Below, piece after piece: positions 9,989 through 19,749 of a DNA stretch of 64,000 bases; position 1 is the stretch's first letter, and each line of letters starts with the position of its first letter. The DNA is from a candidate division WS1 bacterium (GTDB lineage: Bacteria > Armatimonadota > Zipacnadia > Zipacnadales > UBA5352). Below the pieces are notes generated by a model. It saw only the letters and a list, made by a program, of their open reading frames with translations. It did no database searches and was not told where the DNA came from. The stretch covers positions 3,529 to 67,528 of the forward strand of contig PXBW01000215.1 of assembly GCA_003566775.1 (NCBI GenBank). The letters run 5' to 3'. The position numbers and the translations under genes are program-made.

Positions 9989-11127
9989 TCCTCGATGATC
10001 TCCATATTCGCGCGGGGCACCGTGATGACCTCGCCGGTGCGCTCAAGCCGAACCCGGGCGACGCGCACCTTCGCCTCGGTGGCTATCTGTGTCAGCGCCT
10101 CAGGAAGCTCCTCGATCACGGCCAGTTCGCCGAAGGTCGGCGGGCGAATGAGCCGCACCGGACTGCCCACCGCGAGACCGTGCATCTCCCCTTCATCCAT
10201 CGCCCCCCACGTCGCGCCCGGCTCAGGCACCACGACCTCGGGGCGAATCACCCCGGCGCGGATCTGCGTCGCACCGTTGACCGAGGCGCGTCGCCCGTCG
10301 CGCTCGGCAAGCAGTTCGAAGGTGCGACGGCGCATTGGCGTATCTCCGAAGCCCTCGGTGAGCACCAGACTGAGGCCCAACTCCTCCTGCCCCGTGATCG
10401 CGACACCGAGCGGCTCCCCGACAAAGCTGTCGAGATCCCGATCGTCGATCGCACCGGTCACGACGGCGACGGCGCCCGCTTCACGGGCCGCCTCCAGCGC
10501 CTGCAGCGTAACCCGCCCACCGCCGATCAGGATACACCCGTCGCAGTCGCCCTCGATCAGTTCCGCCCCGCAGGACTGCTCAGGGCCCTCGCACAGCACG
10601 CGCAGGCTCCCATGGGCTTCGCCACCAACCCCGAGGATTCCCTGCGCGAGCGCGGCCTTCGTCTCGATCATCACCGCTTCGTTGCCATGAACCTCGACGA
10701 CGGTACCGTCTATGTAAGCATCTATCTGGACCTGAATCGGCGCACCACGAATTAGCACCTGGCCGGTAATCTCGCTGATCGTCTCGATCGTGCCGGAGAT
10801 CGGCGAACGCGCGATCGTGTGAAACAGTCCCCAGAAACTCTTGCTCTCTGCGATGATCTGTCGCGTCTCGACCTCGTCGCCCTCAGTCACGATGATGTAG
10901 TCGAGCACATCCTCCGGGGTCATCGACAGCTCGTGTGCGACGTTGACATTGACCACATTGCCCGGGAGCTGCGTGGAGCCGACGAGCCTGTCGGCGCGAA
11001 CCTCATCGCCGACCGCGACGTGTATCTCTCCGGGTAGCGGCAGGCGTCTGAGCCGACGGATCAGTGCGCGATCGGTGATGCGTAAACCGGGCGTATAGCC
11101 GTGGGTGACGGTGGCGGCTTCGCTCAC
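9985..11127 (-). CDS. Uncharacterised soluble protein with barrel-sandwich-hybrid-like motifs and a C-terminal KOW/SH3-like segment
   Basis: VAVGDEV, VTEGDEV and SPISGTIETI half-motifs; VGSPVRLIRPPTFGELAVI...VPRANMEII; 4-bp overlaps at both ends. Confidence 0.75.
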   Translation of the reverse strand: MSEAATVTHGYTPGLRITDRALIRRLRRLPLPGEIHVAVGDEVRADRLVGSTQLPGNVVNVNVAHELSMTPEDVLDYIIVTEGDEVETRQIIAESKSFWGLFHTIARSPISGTIETISEITGQVLIRGAPIQVQIDAYIDGTVVEVHGNEAVMIETKAALAQGILGVGGEAHGSLRVLCEGPEQSCGAELIEGDCDGCILIGGGRVTLQALEAAREAGAVAVVTGAIDDRDLDSFVGEPLGVAITGQEELGLSLVLTEGFGDTPMRRRTFELLAERDGRRASVNGATQIRAGVIRPEVVVPEPGATWGAMDEGEMHGLAVGSPVRLIRPPTFGELAVIEELPEALTQIATEAKVRVARVRLERTGEVITVPRANMEIIEE

Positions 11128-12944
11128 AGATCCGCCCCCTCTCCCACCGGCTCCCGTGGATAGACCTCCAGCGCTCGCTCCCAGCGTCTGATCGCGGCCA
11201 CTCGTTCAGCGTCATCTTCGGGAAGCGCCAGGGGCCGCCCGCGCGCGTCGATGATCAGCCCCACCACACCGCCTCTGACCTCCGCCTCGACCGTGCGCCC
11301 CGGGCCCTCGCCCGCATCGAAGGCGCGCGTCGGCTCAACGGTTACCTGCGCCCGCTCATCTTCCTCCAGTTCTATCAGCTTCAACTCACCGACCGGGACT
11401 TCGATCTCTTCGCCGCCCTCCGGGCCGCGCACCGTCAGCCTCACGCATGGATCGCCCGGCCTCCTGGTGCCGACAGGGGCGATGCACGTGCCTAGAGGGA
11501 TCAGGCAGTCGCGGTAGAATACTTCGGTCGCCGCTCGCTCGCTGATCGTCGAGAGCACCCCGAGTTGCGGCATCATGAAGATGCTGTCCACCGCCAGTCG
11601 CGTGACGCCCTGTGGTTCAAATGAGTCGATCATCATCAGCGCCGCCTGTCTCCGACGCGGGGCATGTGAAAGCACGCCTCCCGAGCCGACGATGAGGTCA
11701 AGCGCCATCATGTCCACCAGCGTCTCGGCCCCCGCCGCGCCGAAGGCGTCGGAGATGTCCCGCTGGCGCTGAACGCCCTTGAGTTCGCTTGCGAGCATCC
11801 TGTGCTGCTCGAAGGCCAGTCTGAGCGCCTCGCGCGCCACCCCATGCTCTACCATAAGGCCGACGAGCTGCTGCGGGATAGTGGTCGGCCGTATCATCTT
11901 ATTCCGAATGTCGTTGCCCAGCCTGCGCGGATCCGGATGTTCGGCCACCCAGCGCAGAATGTTGTCCAGTCCCGCCTCCGCCAGAACATTGGAGATCGAG
12001 TAGCTCATCCCGAGATTCGCGGAGACGGTGCGGTTGAAGACGCTGCCGAAGACCGAGAATACATCGGTCGTTGCGCCTCCGATGTCCACGCCCACCACAT
12101 TGATGCCGTCGCGTTCGGCCACCGCTTCGATAAGCGCGCCAACCGCGGCGGGGGTGGGCATTATGTCCGCGTCGGTCCAGCCCATCAGCTTCGGATAACC
12201 GGGAGCCTGGGCCATAACGTGTTCAAGGAAAAGGTCCTGAATCTCCCCGCGCGCGGGTCCGAGGTTCTCCTCCTCCATAGAGGGGCGCAGATTTTCCACG
12301 ACCGTAAGCTGTGTGGCCCGCTCCAGTGCCTCGGTGACCGGCTCGCGAGCGTCCTCATTGCCCGCGAAGATCACAGGAAGCTCGTAATCGACGCCGAGCC
12401 GCGCCTGTGGATTCGCGGCGGCGACAAGCTCGGCCATCTCGACCACCTTGCGCACCTCGCCGCCGTCGGTGCCGCCGGAGATGAGTATCATGTCGGGGCG
12501 AAGCTCGCGCATCCGCTCGATGCGCTCGTAGTCGCGCCGGCCGTCATCGAGCGCGACCACATCCATTACGATCGCCCCCGCCCCCAGCGCCGCTCGCTCG
12601 GCGCTCTCAGCGGTCATCGAGCGCACCAGTCCGACCACCATCACCTGCAGACCGCCCCCGGCTGAGGAGGTCGAGACATAGGCGTCCACGCCCTCGTTAC
12701 CCTGCTGTGGGCGGATGATCTCCCCCTCGCGCAGCAGGATGCGCCCGGACAACTCCTCTACCTCGCGTACGGCATTCAACACCCCTACGGTTACATCCTC
12801 GTAGGGCGCTTCAACCGTCGTAGGCGCCTCGCCTCGAACGCGAAGTCGGTACTCACCATCAATGAGTTCGATCAGAATGGCCTTGGTGGTGGTCGATCCG
12901 CAGTCCGTTGCGAGGATCGAGCGCAATGCCTGATGCTCTGACAA
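11124..12944 (-). CDS. GlmL (glutamate mutase L)-like ASKHA/actin-fold ATPase
   Basis: DCGSTTTK (phosphate 1), SSAGGGL, GGTDGG, MPTPAAV, VDIGGATTDVFS (phosphate 2), GSGGVLSH. Confidence 0.85.
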   Translation of the reverse strand: MSEHQALRSILATDCGSTTTKAILIELIDGEYRLRVRGEAPTTVEAPYEDVTVGVLNAVREVEELSGRILLREGEIIRPQQGNEGVDAYVSTSSAGGGLQVMVVGLVRSMTAESAERAALGAGAIVMDVVALDDGRRDYERIERMRELRPDMILISGGTDGGEVRKVVEMAELVAAANPQARLGVDYELPVIFAGNEDAREPVTEALERATQLTVVENLRPSMEEENLGPARGEIQDLFLEHVMAQAPGYPKLMGWTDADIMPTPAAVGALIEAVAERDGINVVGVDIGGATTDVFSVFGSVFNRTVSANLGMSYSISNVLAEAGLDNILRWVAEHPDPRRLGNDIRNKMIRPTTIPQQLVGLMVEHGVAREALRLAFEQHRMLASELKGVQRQRDISDAFGAAGAETLVDMMALDLIVGSGGVLSHAPRRRQAALMMIDSFEPQGVTRLAVDSIFMMPQLGVLSTISERAATEVFYRDCLIPLGTCIAPVGTRRPGDPCVRLTVRGPEGGEEIEVPVGELKLIELEEDERAQVTVEPTRAFDAGEGPGRTVEAEVRGGVVGLIIDARGRPLALPEDDAERVAAIRRWERALEVYPREPVGEGADL

Positions 12945-13168
12945 GTGTGAAGCCGGTCCTTCCGATAGGGTTCAGCCGACACCTGACCTGTATTTCACCG
13001 AACGCGGTGAGGATACCTTCAAGTCACCGACCGGGGATAGCCCGGCCATTGTTGAGCGTGTCGGATGGCATACACTTTGTTACGTGAACGTTTCGCGCGA
13101 AGGGTTAGTTCGCCGACACAGCGAACTCTGCCCCCCATCCGTTTCGTCTTACTGCCCGGAGGTGTGTT

Positions 13169-13921
13169 ATGAAGATCAGGAGATTAGCCGCGATTGCTCT
13201 GCTCGCGCTGATGGTGCTGCCCGCCTGTGCGGAGGAGTTCTGGTTCGCCACGGTGGCGGATACGCACATCACCGATGAGGAGAGCGCCGAGATCGTCGTT
13301 GACGCCATCGATATGATCAACGAGGATGAACGCATCGAATTCAGTCTCTGGCTCGGTGATATCACCGACAGGTCGACCGAACCGGAGTTCGTCATCGCGA
13401 AGCGCACGCTGGAACTGAATGAAAAGCCGTGGCACCCGGTGCGCGGCAACCATGACGACAGCGGCGGCTACTACGAGGAGTACTTCGGGCCGATAAACTA
13501 TCGCGTCGAACATGGTGGCTGGGTCTTCCTGATGATGGACAGCAACGGCCCGGCGGAGACGATCGTAACCGAGGAGACGATGGACTGGCTGCGGGAGCAG
13601 ATCGAGGCCACCGATCCCGAGACGCAGATCGTACTGGCCTGCCATCATCCGCTCATTCTCGGTGGCGTGGTACCGCTCGCGGGTGCGCCCGCGATCCTCG
13701 AACTGTTCGACGGGCACAATCTGCAGGCGGTAGTCGCCGGGCATCTCCACGCGAATCAGGAGCACACGGTTGACGGCGTGCTGCACACCGTCAACAACTG
13801 CTGTGCGCTGATTCGCGGCAACATCGACCGCAGCCCGGAGAGGGGCTACCGCGTCTACCGGGCGGAGGGTGGAGAGATCGTAGAGACCGAGTTCGTCACC
13901 GTGCGTGAGATACCCGAATAG
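13169..13921 (+). CDS. Secreted calcineurin-like metallophosphoesterase
   Basis: Signal peptide; ADTH, GD, GNHD, HHP and GHLH motifs. Confidence 0.88.
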   Translation: MKIRRLAAIALLALMVLPACAEEFWFATVADTHITDEESAEIVVDAIDMINEDERIEFSLWLGDITDRSTEPEFVIAKRTLELNEKPWHPVRGNHDDSGGYYEEYFGPINYRVEHGGWVFLMMDSNGPAETIVTEETMDWLREQIEATDPETQIVLACHHPLILGGVVPLAGAPAILELFDGHNLQAVVAGHLHANQEHTVDGVLHTVNNCCALIRGNIDRSPERGYRVYRAEGGEIVETEFVTVREIPE

Positions 13922-14147
13922 GGGCGCAACGACACAGGCAATACAGCGACGATAGAGATGGCGGTGGGTGACGGCACCGGTGCACGCGCTCAGTGAACTC
14001 TCGCATCCCTCGCGTTCCGGGGAACCCGGCGCAGAGAGTTGAGCGTTAGATTATTCGGATAGTACGGACAATAGTCCCGGGGGAAGGCAGCCATCAGATG
14101 GTTGCGCCTCTTTGCGCTTTACCGCCCCCTTCAAGGAGGATGAAGAC

Positions 14148-14771
14148 ATGTCACGCCGAGGCTTCACATTGATTGAACTGCTGGTGGTCATTGCCATCAT
14201 CGCGATCCTGGCGGCGATCCTCTTTCCTGTGTTCGCGAGAGCGCGAGAAAGAGCGCGTCACACAAGCTGTCTCAGCAATCTGAGGCAGATAGGTCTTGCG
14301 TTTCGGATGTACACTTCCGACTACGACGAACGACTACTCCCCGCCCAGTTGGCCGGCGATTCCGCGAACTACTGCTGGACCACGATCGTGATGCCGTACA
14401 TGCACAACGAGCAGGTACTTGTCTGTCCCAGCGATTCTGAGCCGATGATCAGCGAGAACGCGGTCGGATATCGCAAGAGCTACGCGGTGAACTACGAGAT
14501 ACATCCGTACGAAGGGTATGTCGGGCACTCCATCAACCCGTTGAACCCCTGGCCTCCCATGTCAATGGCAAGCATTCAGGAGCCCTCCGAGATGATCTCT
14601 GCGATTGACTCGCAGACAGCATACTCCGGAATGCACTACCACACGATCGAAGACCGCGCGGCATTCAGGCATAACACGATGGCGAGTGTGCTACTCCTCG
14701 ACGGGAGTGTGCGAACGATGAACCGTAATCAAACCTTCTCGCCGAAGGACCTCTGGCTGCCGAGACAGTAA
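14148..14771 (+). CDS. Prepilin-type N-terminal cleavage/methylation protein with H-X9-DG motif (DUF1559-like)
   Basis: [15 protein letters not shown]; [12 protein letters not shown]; SD AAGGAGG before the ATG at 14148. Confidence 0.9.
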   Translation: MSRRGFTLIELLVVIAIIAILAAILFPVFARARERARHTSCLSNLRQIGLAFRMYTSDYDERLLPAQLAGDSANYCWTTIVMPYMHNEQVLVCPSDSEPMISENAVGYRKSYAVNYEIHPYEGYVGHSINPLNPWPPMSMASIQEPSEMISAIDSQTAYSGMHYHTIEDRAAFRHNTMASVLLLDGSVRTMNRNQTFSPKDLWLPRQ

Positions 14772-14981
14772 GCATCACATGACGAAACGCGATTGCCGGT
14801 TGAGGCGCTCGGATTAGCGGAAGCGGTCGCGCGTGAGATGGCGGCGAGAGCGTTGCATGATTGATGGTAACACGCCCGCGTCTCTGGTGCGGCTGTTCTC
14901 GCCGCACCTCACCGTTGCAGCGATTCGGCTGCGGCTGCTGAGACGCGGGCTTTCGCCTGTTTATCGGGGCCTGCGCGGAAC

Positions 14982-15010
14982 TTGCGTTATGCCGGCGGTT
15001 GTCGTATAAT
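14982..15010 (+). promoter_or_regulatory. Sigma70-type promoter TTGCGT-N17-TATAAT
   Basis: -35 at 14982-14987, 17-bp spacer, TATAAT at 15005-15010, upstream of the 15094 ORF. Confidence 0.7.
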
Positions 15011-15093
15011 CCCCGACGTAGTCAGGGGCGGTCGCAGGCCCCTGAGGCGCCACCGCATATCACCGAGATTTTCGCACAAGGGGCTGATTCACC

Positions 15094-16098
15094 GTGAGGC
15101 GCCTGCTGGCGATGTGCTGCGCAGCAGCAACGGTCTTCGTAATTGGCTGTCAGGTCACCCCCAACGGCGCGCAGTTGACCCCCACCACCCCGGACGCAGA
15201 TGAAGAGATGCTCACCGAACGGGAACGGCAGGAGCTTGCCGAGATTCGGGAGATGCTAACTCATCTCGGCCCCAACGTGAGCTCCGACCTCAGAGCGCTC
15301 AAGGATATGCTCGAGCGGCAGCAGCAACAGTTGGAAGCGAAGGCAGGCCCTCCCGATCTCGTGAAGGACCTGTGGCCCACGCAGCGCGTACTGAATGAAA
15401 CCATTCAAACCGCGCAGCAGAAGAAGGGCGATGAGACGCTCGCGTCGATCGATCGACTGCAGAAGCTGGTCGCCACCGTCGAGGCGGGCCTGCCGGCCCG
15501 CGAGATCATGGTGCGGTGCGAGCGCGCGCTTGCCTACCTGGCTCAGGATGCGCTCGATCGGGCATATGCCGAACTGGGTCTGGCGTACGACACGGCGGAC
15601 CGAAGCCCCTTCCCGCGCCTGGTGCCCTCCGGCGTGGCTTCGCTCATACAGACCAGCGCGCGGAATCAGATCGCCGCCGGTCGAGCACAGGAGGCCGCCT
15701 CGGTGGTTGACACCGTGAGGCGTAATGCCTCCCAGCATGACAGTCTGGCGAAGTTCAACCGCATTAACGCGGGTCTTGAGGGCGCGCGCACAGCCGGGCA
15801 CCGCGAGGCGTGGAGCGTGGTTGAGGCCGAACTCTACGAGGTGCATAATCAGATCACGGCGCTCGCCGAGACGCTGCGAATCGACCAATGGGAGATTGCT
15901 CCGCGGCCCGACGATGATGAAGAGCCTGCCGAGCTTCCCGAGGTTGATGACCAGGACGCCGCCGAATCCGACGACGTGGATGCTTCTCCTGAACCGGAGA
16001 CCGAAACCGAGGTCGAGCCGGAGGCAGATGAAGACGATGACGAGATTGCAGACGGACCTGCCGAGGCCGGGCCACGGTTCCGCAGACCCGTTCGCTGA
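15094..16098 (+). CDS. Putative lipoprotein, helical, with an acidic low-complexity tail
   Basis: MRRLLAM...VFVIG/C lipobox; D/E/P-rich C-terminus. Confidence 0.7.
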   Translation: MRRLLAMCCAAATVFVIGCQVTPNGAQLTPTTPDADEEMLTERERQELAEIREMLTHLGPNVSSDLRALKDMLERQQQQLEAKAGPPDLVKDLWPTQRVLNETIQTAQQKKGDETLASIDRLQKLVATVEAGLPAREIMVRCERALAYLAQDALDRAYAELGLAYDTADRSPFPRLVPSGVASLIQTSARNQIAAGRAQEAASVVDTVRRNASQHDSLAKFNRINAGLEGARTAGHREAWSVVEAELYEVHNQITALAETLRIDQWEIAPRPDDDEEPAELPEVDDQDAAESDDVDASPEPETETEVEPEADEDDDEIADGPAEAGPRFRRPVR

Positions 16099-16170
16099 GA
16101 GTCTGACTCGACGGCAACAAGAAGGATTCGATCCAGCTTTCACACTCACCCGCGCAGCATCTGAGGCGCC

Positions 16171-19100
16171 ATGAGCATTCATACACCACCCTTCGTGCAT
16201 CTGCATGTACACTCAGAGTACAGCCTGCTTGACGGTGCTATCGCGCTGTCTGAGCTGCCCCGCAGGGCCGCCGAGATGGAGATGCCCGCGATCGCCCTCA
16301 GCGACCACGGTGTCATGTACGGGGCGGTCGACTTCTACCGGGAGTGCGAGGAGGTCGGCATCAAGCCGATCATCGGCTGCGAGGTGTACGTCGCTCGACG
16401 CACCCGATTCGATCGCGACCCTCGCAAGGACCGCAGCGCCTACCACCTGGTCCTTCTGGCGGAGAACCTGGAGGGATATCGCAACCTCGTGAAGCTCGCT
16501 TCGCTTGCGTCGCTGGAGGGGCACTACTACAACCCGCGCGTTGATCTCGAGCTTCTCACCGAGTGCGCCGATGGGCTGATCTGCCTCAGCGGATGCCTTC
16601 AGGGACAGGTGCCGCAACTGCTTACCAACGGCGACGGGGCCGGTGCGCGGCAGGTGGCGGGACAGTACCGCGAGATATTCGGTCCCGACAATTATTTCAT
16701 CGAACTGCAGGATCACGGCATTGAACAGCAGCGGGAAGTGCTGCCCGGACTCATCGAGGTCGCGCAGGACCTCGATATCCCCCTGGTCGCCACCAACGAT
16801 GCGCACTATCTCAGGCGCGAGGAGCGGCGCTATCAGGATGTACTGCTGTGCATCGGCACCAACTCGTGCGTCAATGACGAGAAACGGATGCGTATGGAGG
16901 GCGAGGAGTTCTACCTCAAGTCCGCCGAGGAGATGGCCCAACTCTTCCCGGATCATCCGGAGGCGCTGAGCAACACCGCGGAGATCGCGGAGCGTTGCGA
17001 GGTTGAGCTGGAACTGGGAACCCTGCGCCTCCCACACTACGATGTCCCTGAAGGACATACGCTTGACACCTTCCTGCGCGAGCGCTGCCTCGAAGGTGTG
17101 CACGAGCGCTACGGCTGCGAACCGGAAGAGGCCCCCCCCGAGGTGCTTGAACGCCTCGATTACGAGCTTGATGTTATCCGGCAGAAGAACTACTCGGGAT
17201 ACTTCCTCATCGTGGCCGACCTGTGCAACGAGGCGCAGCGTCGCGACATGCTGATCGGCCCCGGGCGGGGCTCGGCCACCGGATCGATGGTGGGATACAC
17301 CCTTGGCATCACACAGCTCGATCCGATCGAGCACGGCCTGATCTTCGAGCGGATGCTCAATCCGGACCGCGAGAGCCCGCCTGACATCGATCTCGACTTC
17401 CCGGACGATCGCCGGCATGAGATCATCGAGTTCTGCAAGGAACGCTGGGGCGAGAATCACGTTGCACAGGTGATAACCTTCAACACGCTTGGTGCGCGGG
17501 CGGCGATCCGCGATGTCGGCAGGGCGCTCGACGTCGATCTCGACCGGGTGGACCGACTGGCGAAGCTCGTCCCGGGCGGCACCACCATTGAGGAGGCAGT
17601 CGAAGCGGGAGGAGAGCTTGCCCGACTGTCAGATCAGGAGCCGGAACTCGCCGAGGTGCTCAACACCGCGCGCCATCTCGAGGGCCTCTCGCGGCACTGC
17701 TCGGTCCACGCCGCCGCCGTGGTCGTCTCGGACGAGCCGCTCATGCAGAAGGTCCCCCTCAAGCGTGATGAGGATGAGACGATGCCGGTCACGCAGTACT
17801 CGATGAAGCCGGTCGAGGACGTCGGGCTGGTCAAGATCGACTTCCTCGGGCTGAAGACCCTGCAGGTGGTCAGCAACACGATTCGACTGGTGAGGCAGCG
17901 CCACGGGGTCGAGATAGATCCGCTGAACATGTCCCTCGACGATCCTGACACCTACGAGATGCTCTCGAAGGGCGAGACGGACGCTGTCTTTCAGCTTGAG
18001 AGCGAGGGTATGAGGCGTATCCTGCGCCAGCTTAAACCGAACAACTTCCAGCATATTATCCAGATGATCGCGCTGTACCGCCCCGGGCCGATGCAGTTCG
18101 CGGACGAGTTGTGCGAGCGCAGGCATGGGGCGGAGGTGACGTACCCGCATGAGGACCTGCGTCCGATCCTTGAGGAGACCTACGGAATCATCCTGTATCA
18201 GGAGCAGGTAATGCGCACCGCAAGCGAACTTGCGGGATTCAGCATGCCGCAGGCGGAACTGATCATGCGCGCGATGGCGAAGAAGCGGCAGGCGCAGATG
18301 GAGCAGATGAAGCCACTGTTCATCGAGGGCTGCGTTAACAACGGCATCGACCGTGCGTGCGCAGAGGACATCTTCCAGCGGATGGAGACGTTCTCCAACT
18401 ACGGGTTCAACAAATCGCACAGCACCGGCTACGCCCTGGTTGTATACTGGACCGCATATCTGAAGGCGAACTACCCGGCGGAGTACATGGCCTCGCATCT
18501 GACGACTGTGATGGACAGCAGCGAGGATGTTGCGAAGTATGTGACCGCCTGCCAGCGGGCGATGGGGCTTGAGGTACTGCCACCATCGGTCAATGTATCT
18601 GATGCCGAGTTCTCGGTGAATCACGAGGGAGCGATCACCTACGGACTGGCGGCGATCAAGAACGTCGGGCACAGCACCGCGGAGGCGATCTGCAGGGAAC
18701 GGAATGACAACGGAGCCTTCAATGGCCTGTCTGACTTCTGTGCGAGGATGCCTTCTGAGCAGATGCAACTGTCCACCCTGGAGACGCTGATAGAGGCGGG
18801 GGCCTTCGATGAGTTCGGAGACCGCGCGGCGTTGCTCGCCGCCGCACCTGCAGCACACTCGGCGGGGAAGCAGCGGCAGACGAATATGCAGATCGGCCAG
18901 GACTCACTCTTCGGTGGCTCGGAGGAACTGGAGCAGATGGAGGGCGTGCAGTTGCCGGATGTTCCGCCGATGCCCGATCAGGAGAAGCTGCGCCTGGAGA
19001 AGGAGCTTCTCGGTGTCTGGGTGTCGGAGAATCCGCTCCAGCAGGCCGCCGAGAAGATCGAGCAATGCACCAACGTGCGTCTGGCCGAACTCACCGAGTT

Positions 19101-19716
19101 CCCCGATGGACACGAGGTGGTCGTGGGTGGGATCATCCGCAGCTTCAAGGAACACACAACGCGCAACGGTGACCAGATGTGCTTCTTCACTCTCGGTGAC
19201 TTCGACAGCGAGGCGGAGGTCACAGTCTTCCCGCGTCTGTTCAGCGAGCGAAGCGATATCATCGAGAATGACAACATCGTGATCGTCACAGCGAAGCTCG
19301 AATTGAAGACGACCACCGGGGCCGGCGGTGAGGAGATGGAGGAGGCGCGATTGCTGGCGAACAGAATCTCACTGCTGCCGAATGCCAACACCATCTCCGA
19401 GCAGCGGATCAAGGACGCCCAGCAGGCGCGCGAGGGCAAGCGGCGCAGGCGGGAGGAGCAGCGCAGGACAGCGAACCCGACACGAGTCGAGATATGCCTG
19501 CGACCGCAGTCCGATGCCGACGCAGTAGTCGAGGAACTGCGCCAGGCCATCTACGATCATCCCGGTATCCAGCCGATCACCATCCGCGTGCCGGGGCCAG
19601 ACGGCGATCGCGCCATCAGTCTCGGGCAATCATACACAGTTGACGGAGACAACGGATTCACTGCAGCCATGCAGCGGCTCGGGTGGGTTGAAGGCGTGCG
19701 TGTCATTCGCAATTGA
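16171..19716 (+). CDS. dnaE: DNA polymerase III subunit alpha
   Basis: HLHVHSEYSLLDG PHP domain, GRGS, PDIDLDF, KIDFLGL, YGFNKSHS and OB fold. Confidence 0.97.
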   Translation: MSIHTPPFVHLHVHSEYSLLDGAIALSELPRRAAEMEMPAIALSDHGVMYGAVDFYRECEEVGIKPIIGCEVYVARRTRFDRDPRKDRSAYHLVLLAENLEGYRNLVKLASLASLEGHYYNPRVDLELLTECADGLICLSGCLQGQVPQLLTNGDGAGARQVAGQYREIFGPDNYFIELQDHGIEQQREVLPGLIEVAQDLDIPLVATNDAHYLRREERRYQDVLLCIGTNSCVNDEKRMRMEGEEFYLKSAEEMAQLFPDHPEALSNTAEIAERCEVELELGTLRLPHYDVPEGHTLDTFLRERCLEGVHERYGCEPEEAPPEVLERLDYELDVIRQKNYSGYFLIVADLCNEAQRRDMLIGPGRGSATGSMVGYTLGITQLDPIEHGLIFERMLNPDRESPPDIDLDFPDDRRHEIIEFCKERWGENHVAQVITFNTLGARAAIRDVGRALDVDLDRVDRLAKLVPGGTTIEEAVEAGGELARLSDQEPELAEVLNTARHLEGLSRHCSVHAAAVVVSDEPLMQKVPLKRDEDETMPVTQYSMKPVEDVGLVKIDFLGLKTLQVVSNTIRLVRQRHGVEIDPLNMSLDDPDTYEMLSKGETDAVFQLESEGMRRILRQLKPNNFQHIIQMIALYRPGPMQFADELCERRHGAEVTYPHEDLRPILEETYGIILYQEQVMRTASELAGFSMPQAELIMRAMAKKRQAQMEQMKPLFIEGCVNNGIDRACAEDIFQRMETFSNYGFNKSHSTGYALVVYWTAYLKANYPAEYMASHLTTVMDSSEDVAKYVTACQRAMGLEVLPPSVNVSDAEFSVNHEGAITYGLAAIKNVGHSTAEAICRERNDNGAFNGLSDFCARMPSEQMQLSTLETLIEAGAFDEFGDRAALLAAAPAAHSAGKQRQTNMQIGQDSLFGGSEELEQMEGVQLPDVPPMPDQEKLRLEKELLGVWVSENPLQQAAEKIEQCTNVRLAELTEFPDGHEVVVGGIIRSFKEHTTRNGDQMCFFTLGDFDSEAEVTVFPRLFSERSDIIENDNIVIVTAKLELKTTTGAGGEEMEEARLLANRISLLPNANTISEQRIKDAQQAREGKRRRREEQRRTANPTRVEICLRPQSDADAVVEELRQAIYDHPGIQPITIRVPGPDGDRAISLGQSYTVDGDNGFTAAMQRLGWVEGVRVIRN

Positions 19717-19749
19717 GCGGTCTCACACGCCGGAAGAGCGCCCTACCAT

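Noticed and set aside
8705-10690. 661-aa plus-strand ORF
   Set aside because: Antisense shadow of two coherent minus-strand genes, with Arg/Ser-rich composition and no motifs.
11124-12944. Calling the ATPase mismatch-repair MutL or a true glutamate mutase component
   Set aside because: The motifs are ASKHA rather than GHKL, and no mutase subunits are present.
16171-19716. Intein or split gene in dnaE
   Set aside because: Length and motif order are normal, and no intein signature was seen.
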